Assembly: GCF_001194135.2 (NCBI RefSeq)
Contig: NC_068984.1
Location: 46,883,172 to 46,937,555, forward strand
Direction: 5' to 3'
Length of the DNA: 54,384 bases
Origin: Octopus bimaculoides
Taxonomy: Eukaryota
Below the pieces are notes generated by a model. It was given only the letters and a program-made list of their open reading frames with translations. It was not told where the DNA came from and did not search any database. Both the position numbers and the translations under genes were made by a program. Of the stretch, positions 11,629-23,125 are shown in pieces. Every line of letters starts with the position of its first letter. The stretch's first letter is position 1.

Positions 11629-12401
11629 GCTTAGAAAAGTATCGGCTTACTACATGTCTAACTTAATAATAGCACCACCTTATAGGATCTATGTACTCAT
11701 TTTAAAGTCTCCTTTTGTGGTATGATGGCCCATTCAAGTAGGAAGTTGTTGATTTAGGTCTATTCAGGTATAGCCGACTTATTTGGTTTCCCTTGAATAA
11801 ATTTTTCCATGTTTCGTTTGATAGCGATGGGATCTTTTTCTTCTTTGAATTGTTTTTGCGATGACGTTAAATTGTGCTGCAGTTTATTTATGTGTCGGCA
11901 GTTTGAATTGTGTAGGAGACGTGGAGTGTGCATATATCTATACCTACTCCTTGATAACCCCAATTTAGCTTTCTACTTAATTTCGGCAAAATAAACAAAA
12001 ATACCCCAAACGAAATCATCCTGATGAGTTTTTAATGAAATAGTAGTTTAGCAGGAAGGCTGCAAGTCCATTCTGTGGACTAGAGCGCCACATACCTATT
12101 ACATACAAGGGAAATCTCCCACAGACCAAGGTGTCACATTCATAATATAACAAAATATAGAACATAAATTATAATTTAGTTATCCATATAATACATAGGT
12201 ATTACATATGTAATACATAATGCAAAAACGCCCTGCAGAGCACGGCAGGGTGGTTGAGGACATCTGTCGGAGATGATAAGTATATCTTGCAGGTATCTCT
12301 GCATCTTCATTTTCAGGTATCTCAGCGAGTGAAGAACATTTAAATTACGGTTACCCAGTTTCATTTGAGAAATCGTAATTCCACCTATCACTGTATAATT
12401 T

Positions 12402-12768
12402 GTGGCTGTGTAGTAGGTAGCTTGCTTACCAACCACATGGTTCCGGGTTCAGTCCCACTGCGTGGTACCTTGGGCAATGTCTTCTACTATAGCCTCAGGC
12501 CGACCAAAGCCTTGTGAGTGGATTTGGTAGACGGAAACTGAAATAAGCCCGTCGTATATATGTATATGTATATATATGTGTTTGTATGTCTGTGTTTGTC
12601 TCCCCAACATCGCTTGACAACCGATGCTGGTATGTTTACCTCCCCGTAACTTAGCGGTTCGGCAAAAGAGACCGATAGAATAAGTTCTAGGCTTACAAAG
12701 AATAAGTCCTGAGGTCGATTTGCTCGACTTAAGGCGGTGCTCCAGCATGGAGTAAACGAGTAAAAGAG
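12402..12768 (+). mobile_element. SINE family A, copy 4
   Basis: A-box-like GTGGCTGTGTAGT, B-box-like GGTTCAGTCCC at 12446-12456, body colinear with copies 1-3. Confidence 0.88.
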
Positions 12769-14045
12769 TTCCATGATGATGAATTATAATTCAGCACATA
12801 ATAAAATAGGTTTTATTATGAGTAGGATTATTATTATAACATTCAGACAGATTATGACATTAAGAGCCCAGAATAGTATTTCAAATGTGTATGATTCATA
12901 CATAGCCTTGAATTGACTTTTAAATTTGATTGGAATTCTCGAAACCGACAACTGTAACTACGCCCAAAGACATTTTGTGTCTGTAACTGTGAGTGTGTGT
13001 GTGTGTGTGGGTGGAAGTATGTGCGTGTGTCTGTGAGTGTGTGATTTTGTGTGTGTGTGTGTGTGTGCGTGTGTGCGCGCGCGTGTGTGCGTGTGCGCGC
13101 GCATGCGCACTTTGCAGACAAAAATCTTGAATCTTTGAAAATAAACCACAAAACAAAAATAAAATTTTCGAACAAGTACAGTACATCAATTCACTACTTT
13201 ATTTCAGGTAAATGCCAAGAGATATAAATAAATAAAATGATTCCTATCGGTATCACTTTTCCATAAGCCTATTCAGTCATATGTAATATATTTGTCTAAT
13301 AATCATGATAACTTCATTAAAAATCACACACATCATTCTGGACCTGTCGCTACCCCATCTTTCACATCGTATCAAACAATGATATTTACTATTCAAAACT
13401 TCGGATCATAACAATAGAAATTATATCAGCAATTTTGATCAGCAACTATATCGATGAAGTATGTTGGAAAGGTGGAACCACAGTAACTTCCCGTACATTA
13501 TTAAGAGATGGGCCATACAATAGATAATCTGAAAGCGTTAATATTGAATATATTATTTCTTTTGAAAATGTGTATATTATACTCAGCTGAATAACATATT
13601 TTGTTTTTACTCCTTATTTTTTTAGCATGAAATTTATAGGAAACTCAGTCATATTCTTTGCAAAAATACATTTTAATGCTGATTAACGAACCCCAGGAAA
13701 TAAAGGTATTACAAGTATGTGCGAAATGTATCAATTTTGTTTTCATTCTATTAAACTTATACGTTAAAGCTTCGACATCTAATTGTTACTTGCGTTATTG
13801 CTGTTGTAAGATTTCCTTGCTGAGTTACTGATGCTTTTGCTGTTGATGCTATTCTTGTGAATATTATTTTGTATTATTTTCTTTTATACATATTTATTTA
13901 TCCTTTATATTTACCTCATTATCGAATTCATTGCTGTTGTTGTAAATCATGAATTATTAGAATAATATTAATACTGATTATAATTATGAAAATAACAATA
14001 ACAACAGATGGAGGAGAAGCAGCAACAACAGTAAGAACAATAGCT

Positions 14046-14090
<45 letters not shown>

Positions 14091-14227
14091 TCAACAACAA
14101 AAATAATGTGAAAGATAATTAGAATTATAACAGCAAAGAAAATACCATTACCACCACCAATAGAAAAAGAATCACTAATAAAACTGAGCAACATGGTAAC
14201 AATGATATACGTATGTACGTACGTACT

Positions 14228-14262
14228 TGCTGCTGTTGCTGCTGCTGCTGCTACTGCTGCTG

Positions 14263-14310
<48 letters not shown>

Positions 14311-14326
14311 AATAATAATAATAAAA

Positions 14327-14378
<52 letters not shown>

Positions 14379-14400
14379 TAATAATAATAACAACAACAAC
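14228..14400. repeat. Compound (TGC)n(TAC)n(AAT)n(AAC)n microsatellite
   Basis: Direct read; source of the poly-L, poly-N and poly-S ORFs. Confidence 0.95.
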
Positions 14401-14401
14401 A

Positions 14402-16152
14402 TACTTCCTACCAAACAATAAAGACACAAAAAATCCAAACAGCCGATCAATACCATTTTTCAACACCACCTACAAGATCCTCACAACCAAGTTAACAGAT
14501 AGAATATGCATCTTCCTTGAACAGAGGTCTATCCTTCAACAAGCTCAAAAACTCTGGAATTAATAAGAGTGCAAAGATCAATTATTCATAAGTAAAATAA
14601 TTGTAGAGAATCGCCGGGGCAAAAAGAACTTGAGTATGATACGGATAGACTACAGGAAAGCCTGTGATAGTGTCCCACATAATTGGCTACTCAAGGCCCT
14701 TGAGATATACAAGACGTCTCTTGTCATCTCCAAATTCTTACAAGGTAGCATGGCCAAGTGGAATACACGTCTCCTTTTAAAACAGTAATGAAATGAGCCA
14801 ATCTAATAGCATCAACATCAAACGAGGCACCTTTCCAGGTGACTCTCTCTCCTCATTACTCTTTTGCATGATACTGAACCCACTCTCAAACGAACTAAAT
14901 AACACCAGGTATGAGTTCAAAGTTTATATTATGACAATAGACCATCTGTTTTATATGGACAATCTAAAGCTGTTTGCTAGAAATGACGAAGAGATTGTAG
15001 GGCTGCTAACAACTGTTAAAGGGTTCAGCAATGACATCGGGATGGATTTGGGATTTGATAAGTGCGCTAAAGCATCTTTTGTAAGAGGTAATCTCAGGAA
15101 AACAGTTTCCATTAAATTGGATACCGATACTACCATCAAAGAGCTTCATACACAACAAAATTACAAATACCTGGTGATACTCGAAGGAGATGGTATACAA
15201 TGTGCTATTATAAAAGGAAAAATAAGAAAGGAATATTATAGGAGAGTAAAACTCGTATTAAAAGCGGAACTCAACTCGACAACTCGCATCGAAGCGTTTA
15301 ACACTCTGGCACTTCCAAAAGTCCAATATAGTTTTAACATCATTAACTGGAATCTTACAGAGTTCCAACGCCTGGATAGGAAGACAAGAAATCTACTAAC
15401 ATTTAAGAACATGCACCACCTAAAGTGGACGATGATCATTTCTACCTACCGAGAAACAATGTTGAAGAGGAATGATGCAGGTAGAGTTGTGCTATAAGAT
15501 CTCCACAATAGCAATGGATAGGTACTTATCTAGTACAGAGGACTGGATCCTGTGGCTAGTGTGCAAACAGGAAAGCAGCAAAGAATCACATTCTATTGTC
15601 AAAGAAGCTTACAAATTTGCAGGGAAACTTGGCATTAACACTGAAATAGACGAAGAGCTTGAAACCACGGCGACAAAACAAGCAAAACAGATCAAGCAGA
15701 TTGCATAAAAGAACGGACAGAAACAAATTGAGAAGCGGTGGAGCCAGAAGACTCTGCATGGACAGTATATACTTCGAAGTCGAAAAGCTAATGTAGACCA
15801 AGAAACAACCCATCAGTGGCTGAGAAGTTCAGCTTACTAAAAACTAGCAGGCTAACGTTCTTCAAAATGTTTCTCCCTTAAATGCAAATTCATCGACACA
15901 TTTGACGGAACGATGGACCATCTCGTCTCGGGATGTCCTGTGTTGAAATCAAACGAATACAAAAATCGCCACGACAGGGTAGGACAGTATTTACATTGGA
16001 ATATATGTAAACACTACATAATCAGCACTCTTGCTTATTGCTATGAACATCATCCTGAGCCAGTTGTCGATGCTAAAAATGTCTCTATCCTCTGGGATTT
16101 TCCAATTAACAATGGCGGAACTAATCCAAGCTAACATTGGCCGAAATTGTCA
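14402..16152 (+). mobile_element. RLE-type non-LTR retrotransposon (R4/Dong-like), 5'- and 3'-truncated, frameshifted
   Basis: KDTKNP..NTTYKILT, IDYRKACDSVPHNWL, RGTFPGDSLSSLLF, HLFYMDNLKLF (YMDD position), FDKCA, YKYL, MDHLVSGCPVLKSNEYKNRHDRVGQYLHWNICKHY, ILWDFPI. These are RT plus CCHC/RHD motifs typical of the R4 clade. Confidence 0.9.
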
Positions 16153-16164
16153 CTCATATGAGTA

Positions 16165-16720
16165 ACAGTAACAATCTTTTAAGCAACAACTACCCCAAAA
16201 CATACTATCTATTCCAATTATGAAGAAAAGAGAGGATGAAATCAATAAACTGTCTACATTCTGTCTACCCTATGTGAAAGGCCCCTCCAAAAAGATACAA
16301 AAGATATACGGCCCATATGACATCAGGACAGTATTCAAGTGTAATACAACACTTCGTAAATATCTCATTTGGGTAAAACCACTAATAGTAGAGAACATGA
16401 CCAAAAACTGCGTGTACTCCATCCCATGCAGCTGTGAAAGTTTATAGAAAGGCGAAACATGTCGCCCCCTCAAAATTAGGTAGAGGAACATCGCAAAGCT
16501 GTGACACGTGGAGATATTGATAAATCGGGTATAGCTGATCATGTATGGAAAAATGCACCCCCCCCCCCCCATCATGTGGGATGAAGTTAAAATAATAGAC
16601 AGAGAACACCAATGGAAAATACAAAAACCATAAGAAGCAGCACATATGCTAGGGCACAACAACCTCCTAAGCAGACCGAGTGCAGATATGAATAAAATAT
16701 GAGAACCGATATTCAGGAAA
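16165..16720 (+). mobile_element. Penelope-like element 3' part (RT tail plus GIY-YIG), pseudogenised
   Basis: LSNNYP, FCLPYVKG, CVYSIPCSC..YKGETCRPLKIR.EEHRKAV..SGIADHVW, WDEVKIIDRE, EAAHM..LLSRPS; contains frameshifts and stops. Confidence 0.85.
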
Positions 16721-16774
16721 GATAGGAAAATATTAGATTTATAAGCCCTAAAAATTCATTCGCTAATTGCCCAC

Positions 16775-16862
16775 GGGCATATGGCGTAGTGGTTAAGAGC
16801 GCGGGCTACTAACTACAAGATTCCGAGTTCAATTCCAGGTAGTGACCTGAATAATAATAATA
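16775..16862 (+). mobile_element. Short tRNA-derived SINE or pseudo-tRNA with (AAT)n tail
   Basis: A-box TGGCGTAGTGG at 16782-16792, B-box GTTCAATTCC at 16827-16836, followed by AATAATAATAA. The cloverleaf stems are imperfect, so it is not called as a tRNA. Confidence 0.7.
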
Positions 16863-16932
16863 ACGATATTTATTATTGTTGTTGTTATTTTTGTTGTTGT
16901 TGTTATTATTATTAATTATTGTTGTTATTATT

Positions 16933-17090
16933 CGCTGGACGAAATGCTTACGTTCTGATTTCAAATTCCCCTAAGGTCGACTTTACCTTTCATCCGTTCG
17001 GTGTCTATAAATCAAGTACCAGTGAAATACTAGGATCGATGTAATCGTCTCATCCCCACCCCCACAATAGCTACCCCACAATTTGAAACC
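16933..17090 (+). mobile_element. SINE family B, partial copy
   Basis: GAAATGCTTA..TTCAAATTC..AGGTCGACTTTACCTTTCATCCGTTCGGTGTCTATAAATCAAGTACCAG is shared with the 29.1, 36.5 and 40.2 kb copies. Confidence 0.75.
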
Positions 17091-18379
17091 ATTATCATCA
17101 TTGTTAATGCATGTTCATTATCACGATTTCTATTTCCCCGTTTTTATAAAAATTCAAATGAGATCCTGTTTTTAGTGATACAATATCTTCTGTTGAGCTC
17201 AATACTTTTTAGAGTTAATTCTTTCATGATGGATATTGGAAATAATTTCTGCTTAGTTATGCATGTTATTCTTGTTTATATGTTCTATATGCATTGGTAT
17301 ACCCCAGAGCGTTGTTACATTGTAATTCCCTCATACTATTTCGACTTATATTTATATCACCTAATATGCGTTGGTTTTAAATGTTCTGTTAATTTCAGGA
17401 TGAAGCCATATATTTGTCATTCAGGACATGGATTCTGTGATTAATATTGGGCAACCAGAAACAATATAGTTAATTTGTTTGTCACACGTTTCAGGTATTT
17501 TAAAATTACATAATTTATTTTCATCCATAACATTCGTTTGCAATGAAGCGACATAATGAGCCGAATACAAGATCCTTCTATCTCGAATTTCCACCCGACT
17601 CCCAGTCTGTGTTTCAATTTTACTCTATTCAGCATTTTTGCATGCCTTACTGATGCATGTGCATCTATTCCCATCGTTTCAGCAAGCTAGTTCGTAACCC
17701 TATTGTTAGCATAGTTTTAGCCATTTTAATGATTTGTATTTCTTTTGTTTTTCGTTTCTCATCCCAATTCTCTCTCTATTGTGTTTTGTAGGATTTGATA
17801 TTTTGAATGACAGAAAACAGATATATTTATGTTTAGTTATTCTAAAGCTATATGCAAAATGTTCAAATGTTTGTCACTAGAAATGGCTGTATTCCTACAG
17901 TACCTATTTTCTAAGAGTTCCCTAACTAGATATAAATTTAGTATTTTTAAATTATATACAGGTGGTAACTCCTAAAGCCTACCATTATTTTCTTTGCTCT
18001 TTTCCCTGTCTAATCTGGCTAATTCCCTCAGCCTCATGTTGATAATGTTATAACTAATTCCTATTTTGGGGACAATCGGTGTATTTTTTGTATGTATCTG
18101 CTTTAAGTATGTATATGTTGTGCACATTATATCCCTTGCTAATTATTACCATCATCCAATTCCAGCCTGATTTACTTCATCGGTTGAAGCTTTTGGCTAT
18201 AAGTAAAACTGAAATAGTTCGATAAAAAAAGTGTCTCCAATAAAAAAGGAAAAGAGGGAATTATGTTATACAATTCACTATCATTTCTTTCCTTACTGAA
18301 TTAGTTGCCATTTATTCATTGTACAATCATACCCATAGTAATGTTCGTAGTTGACAAGGTATCTACGATAATGCGAAAC

Positions 18380-19320
18380 AATGCTTACAGTTCTGACTAT
18401 TGTTATATTCTGGAATGTACATATGTTTATCAACATAAATAAAACTGATTCATCAATGTGTTTACTGAAGTTGTTGATTATCATTTACTTAAATGATAGT
18501 CAATAACTTCTGATAGTTATAAATTTAATGGTGACACCATTCCATAAATGTTTTTTTTTTAACATCTAGTTTGTTATAATCAATGAATGCTGTGAAGCCA
18601 TTCTTTTCAATGCGTTGAGATTGGTGGATTTAGTTCAAATTTGATGCATTATTATTCCGAAAAGTTTAATTTGTTCGATGTTATGCAAGTTCTCGACACA
18701 ACCTGTTTACACTGTTTCAGAAAACCACCAACATGTATTTATTTTACAGGCATGTTGACGATACTTTTCAATACATTGAGTGATGATTGCATATTCATGT
18801 ATCGCGAATACCGTTTCTCTTTCTTATTCAATCGGATTTGTTAATCCAGATCAGAAGAAATTGCTATTTCTCTTTTTATATGTGGCCTCTCTGTCGCGGC
18901 TATATTCTCTATGTAAACCCATGCTTTATTGTAGTTCATTGCGGTTGATATCTTTGTCGTCATTATGTCCACTTTTGCTGCTGTTTTATGTTCAGACTTC
19001 AGCTATACTAAGTCTAAACGAATTACCTGAAAGTTGTGCTGCGAAAATAATTGATTTACTACCCTTTCATGATAATCATGCTATTCTTTGGGGAATTACA
19101 ACCGTAGTGAAAGCATTAATAACTGCCTTCTTACATTGCACTCTGATACATAAGTAGCCTTGTACTATCATTTTTTTTTATGATTGCACAGACGTTGGGT
19201 GTCGCAAGTAGTATGAAGTATGCGGTGTTTCGGGTGTATAGTTCTCATATTACAGACTATGAAATATAGGTCTTATTCTCTACAGGCATGAAAAATGTGT
19301 TGATCATAATATATTAATGA
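18380..19320 (+). mobile_element. Highly degraded Penelope-like RT (possibly to GIY-YIG)
   Basis: YRHVDDTF at 18745-18768 (YVDD motif), followed in expected order by KLLFLFLYV (LPFLDV-like), SLCKP (VYRKP-like) and LNELPES (NGYP-like); many stops and frameshifts. Confidence 0.45.
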
Positions 19321-22156
19321 GATAAGTGAGTTTTAAACTTGATCTTTCCAAAAAAAGTCTTCATAATTCATCGTTATTTTGATAAATTTCATGCACAATT
19401 TTACACGAATTCATGCACGCATATTAGAACGCGTAAACGTCCAGCCACTGTATTATCGTCTTGACTTTGAAATCCAAATTTCTTGCTGAAATGATCCTTT
19501 GATATCAATTTCTGTTCTGCTTTTATTGTTCTAATCTAAAGAACATCTGTATGTTCAAACTAAACTTTCGATCATTCGGAGCAAACTCACAAACAGAATA
19601 TCACAGGAACATACTTTTAGATTCTATTTTAACAAGTATCATTTGAAATTAGGATAAGAATATCCCATTAGACATCTCAATTAAGTCTAGTACTACTCAT
19701 TCTCCAGTACTATACACTTTACTAGTACTACTCATTCTGCCAGCTTTTAACGAAATGCCAGTATCCTCATTAATTAAACAAGATTACCACGCTTTGATAA
19801 GACAATTACCTGAGACAATGAAAATGATTTCCTTGTAATTAATCTCAGTGAATGAAATGATATTTTAGAATATATTTTTATCATCTATTACCAAAATTTA
19901 GATAAAGCGCTGGTTCGCTGTTTCGTCTATGGTATAGGAAACTGTTTTTGCAAATGTTCTAGTGTCTTTCGGGACACCGTTTTGGAAAATAGTTTATAAA
20001 CTACCGACAGACAACCGATGACGTTTTAGGTAGATGAAATATTTCATTTTCTGTTTTATCTTTAAAGTTTACTCAAGAGGAAGGGCTCTACGAATCTAAA
20101 ATCAATGAAAATTTCCCCTTACAATTTAACAAGTTCTCGTTTTGAGGAGTGAATGCAGCTGATAGTGTTGGGCTTGGGGCAATGGATGCAGCATGTATGC
20201 ATGTGTGATGAATGAAGAAATATGAGTGCATTTAGAGTGCTTCAGTGCAAGGGATGTAATGAGTAGAGACTACTATAGAAATGGTAGCAAAAAAGAGGGA
20301 AGACGCAGGCTATTTATTTCGGTTTAGTGTATATTTTTTAGTGATTTATTGATAGTCAGTAGATACGCTTTGAAATGTGTAACAGCAGCAACATTAGGGA
20401 GCACTGCTCAATTATCGCTCTCATTGAAGGTTCGTAGACGACGTGTAGTAGATAGAAACTGAATTTTTTTTCTATTTCTGAAAGAATATATCAGGTTTTG
20501 AGATGCAATATTTTAAGGGATGTTAAGGAATTAAAGTTTGTTAAGAAATTAAATTACTTTCTGCACGAGCGACTCAGAGATAGGGAGACCTAATATTTGA
20601 AATGATAAAGAGTGTTTTTGTTGTGCGTTGCATAAGCTTAATGGCGTTAAAGTGTAACAGTGTTCAATTGAAATAATCAGTGTCTTATTTTGTTTTATTT
20701 TATTGTTGTTGAAGGAGATTGATAAGATCCAAGTTCCTATTTTAGAATATTTCTAAGTTCACTCTTTATTGACACAGAACACGTTTGGCGTGCAGTGACT
20801 AGAATGTACGTGAATAATATTCGGGTGCGATAGTTATGGGAGATATGAACGATGATGTTGTCTACATATGAGCAAACACCATCGTAGGAAACGAATTTAA
20901 GTACATTGTTCATATATGTTTGCGACGGCTTAATGTACTTTGGTCATTTTCGCGGGTCATTAAATATAGATAATTTTGAGAAGACCGATTGTATGTAATC
21001 TTATACATTTTAAATCCATAACTTTAGAGTAGAAAAATTTGTGAGGTGTGGTAGTTACGGTATTAAAGTTGTGAATGCAATTTCTAAACCGAGGAATGGG
21101 TTTTTTTGTCTTTCTCCAAGAGACATTATCTCACTCAAATTTATGCCACTTATTTGTAATGAGAACACACCAGGTACTGAACGATTACTTTTCTACTATG
21201 TCATAACAGCGATCCTATATTGTTTCAAGTTTATGAGGTCTAGAGGAGTACTAATTTCGATTCCATAGGCACTTGAAATAACAGCAAATTCATGTATATG
21301 CTACCAAGCTAAGCTTACTTGTGTAAGACGGTTGTCTGTAATACTAACACTCATCTAAAGCATTTTTGTTCAATATTTTTGTTGTATTTAGTCACCTTTA
21401 ATATGTATTCTTATCAATGTTTTTAAAAGCTTTAAGTGCTGTCATGTTGTTTATTATACTTGTTTCATTACGTGGTGTATTTATTCTATACTTTAATGTT
21501 CTCTGCATGCGCCTAATTCATGTGAGCGACTACTGTAATTATACTTTACCTATTTCGACCAGCAACAAACCAGGAGAAAACGCTCAAGTGGATTATACGA
21601 CTAGGTATTAAAACGCAATACTTTGATAATTTCCCTTATATATTGTATATAAGAACTTTTAATTTGTGTAAGTCATCAAAAGGCTTTTCTCAAATGCTGA
21701 TTGTTATTCACAGGAGTTGCATTATAGGTCAAATAGATCGCTGTTGTTACAGATAGTAAATCTCCGATTCAGCCACTCTGTTATAAAGACGAATTTTTAT
21801 ATCCTTGGAAGCGATATTTCTTCTTACAGTATGATACTATTGGGTATCAAAACATGAGACACGAGTAGCATCTGCAATTTTTGTTCTGATGTTCATTGAC
21901 TGTATTGATGTTACTGTATTTTCAATGCTCTTATATGAATTATTAACATCTCAGTCAGTTATTCCCCTGCATAGCATTACTAAATGTAATGTAACATTCA
22001 CTGTACACAAGCTCAAATAGATTTGGCTTATGCTGCGTGTTATCTCAAGAACTGTGCACGTAGCTGATTATTCATTTTACCCGATGATCACTCACATTTT
22101 CTTGAGTACACGTTGTGTACGAGAACGTGCTTACAGTTGGTTTACATAGGTCGCGA

Positions 22157-22159
<3 letters not shown>

Positions 22160-22233
<74 letters not shown>

Positions 22234-22248
22234 TGTGTGTGTGTGTGT
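22160..22248. repeat. (TA)n(TG)n microsatellite
   Basis: Direct read. Confidence 0.95.
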
Positions 22249-23085
22249 AAAACCACCTGAAATTATCGTCTGACAATTTCAAATGCATGCATAGTTTCCC
22301 TCGCGATCTTTGTTCTGGCATCATGTAAAACGTTGTCGTTTCATACTCCTTTTATACTCGTAGATTGAGTAGAGGGTCTGAGGCCCGTAATCTAGTCATT
22401 TTTCATGAATATTCGAAGCCCAGTATCATTTTGATACACTATATAATGTGCTTACTGAGTGAAACGTGTTGAAATCATATTTTGAAGAAACTGTAAGGAG
22501 ATACCATTGGCAGAATCCTTACAATATCAGAAAACATGCCTTGCTGCATTTGATCCTATTCCTCTGGTTCTGAGTCCAAATTCTGTAAGACGATGGATAC
22601 GATAATATACCTGAAAAGTACTCGTTCGATAGTATCGATTTACCCCTCCCTTCAATCTATTATTAATATTATTATGGTTGTTGTTACATCAACATATTAT
22701 CATCATCATCGTAATAGCTGGCGTTGAATATCATAATCAATATAACGCCTAACATAAGTTGAAACATAGCCGGAATCAACCTTGCCTTTCATTATACCGG
22801 AGTTAATAATATAATTATCAAGCATATAGCAAAATTGATTTCCTTGACTACACCTCTCCCACAAGGAATGTAGCTCTGCACTGCCTATGTCACAAATCAC
22901 TATTATTATTCTCTGTATCGTCAGCTATAAAACTAGCATCATTTTTTAATGCTTTCCTTGCCGTGCTCTAAGTTCCCCGTTCGCTGCTTGTCCGATTTTC
23001 TCCACACCATAACCCGTCATAGGAAAAACGAAATATTAATAACAAATACATTTCCTCGTCCCTGGTTTCCCTTTCCTGCATTCTC

Positions 23086-23087
<2 letters not shown>

Positions 23088-23117
<30 letters not shown>

Positions 23118-23125
23118 CTTCTTCT
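23088..23125. repeat. (TTC)n microsatellite running into N-gap
   Basis: Direct read. Confidence 0.9.

Noticed and set aside
12015-12056. CTGATGAG...GAAA hammerhead-like core
   Set aside because: Stem II is marginal and no stem I can form without using core nucleotides.
14793-15497. 234-aa ORF as a host gene
   Set aside because: It is the RT domain of a truncated, frameshifted retrotransposon, with YMDD mutated to YMDN.
16775-16850. tRNA gene
   Set aside because: Anticodon and acceptor stems do not pair properly and an AAT tail follows; treated as a SINE.
20840-20900. Minus-strand VCSYVDNIIV resembling an RT YxDD motif
   Set aside because: A single short motif with no colinear supporting motifs identified.
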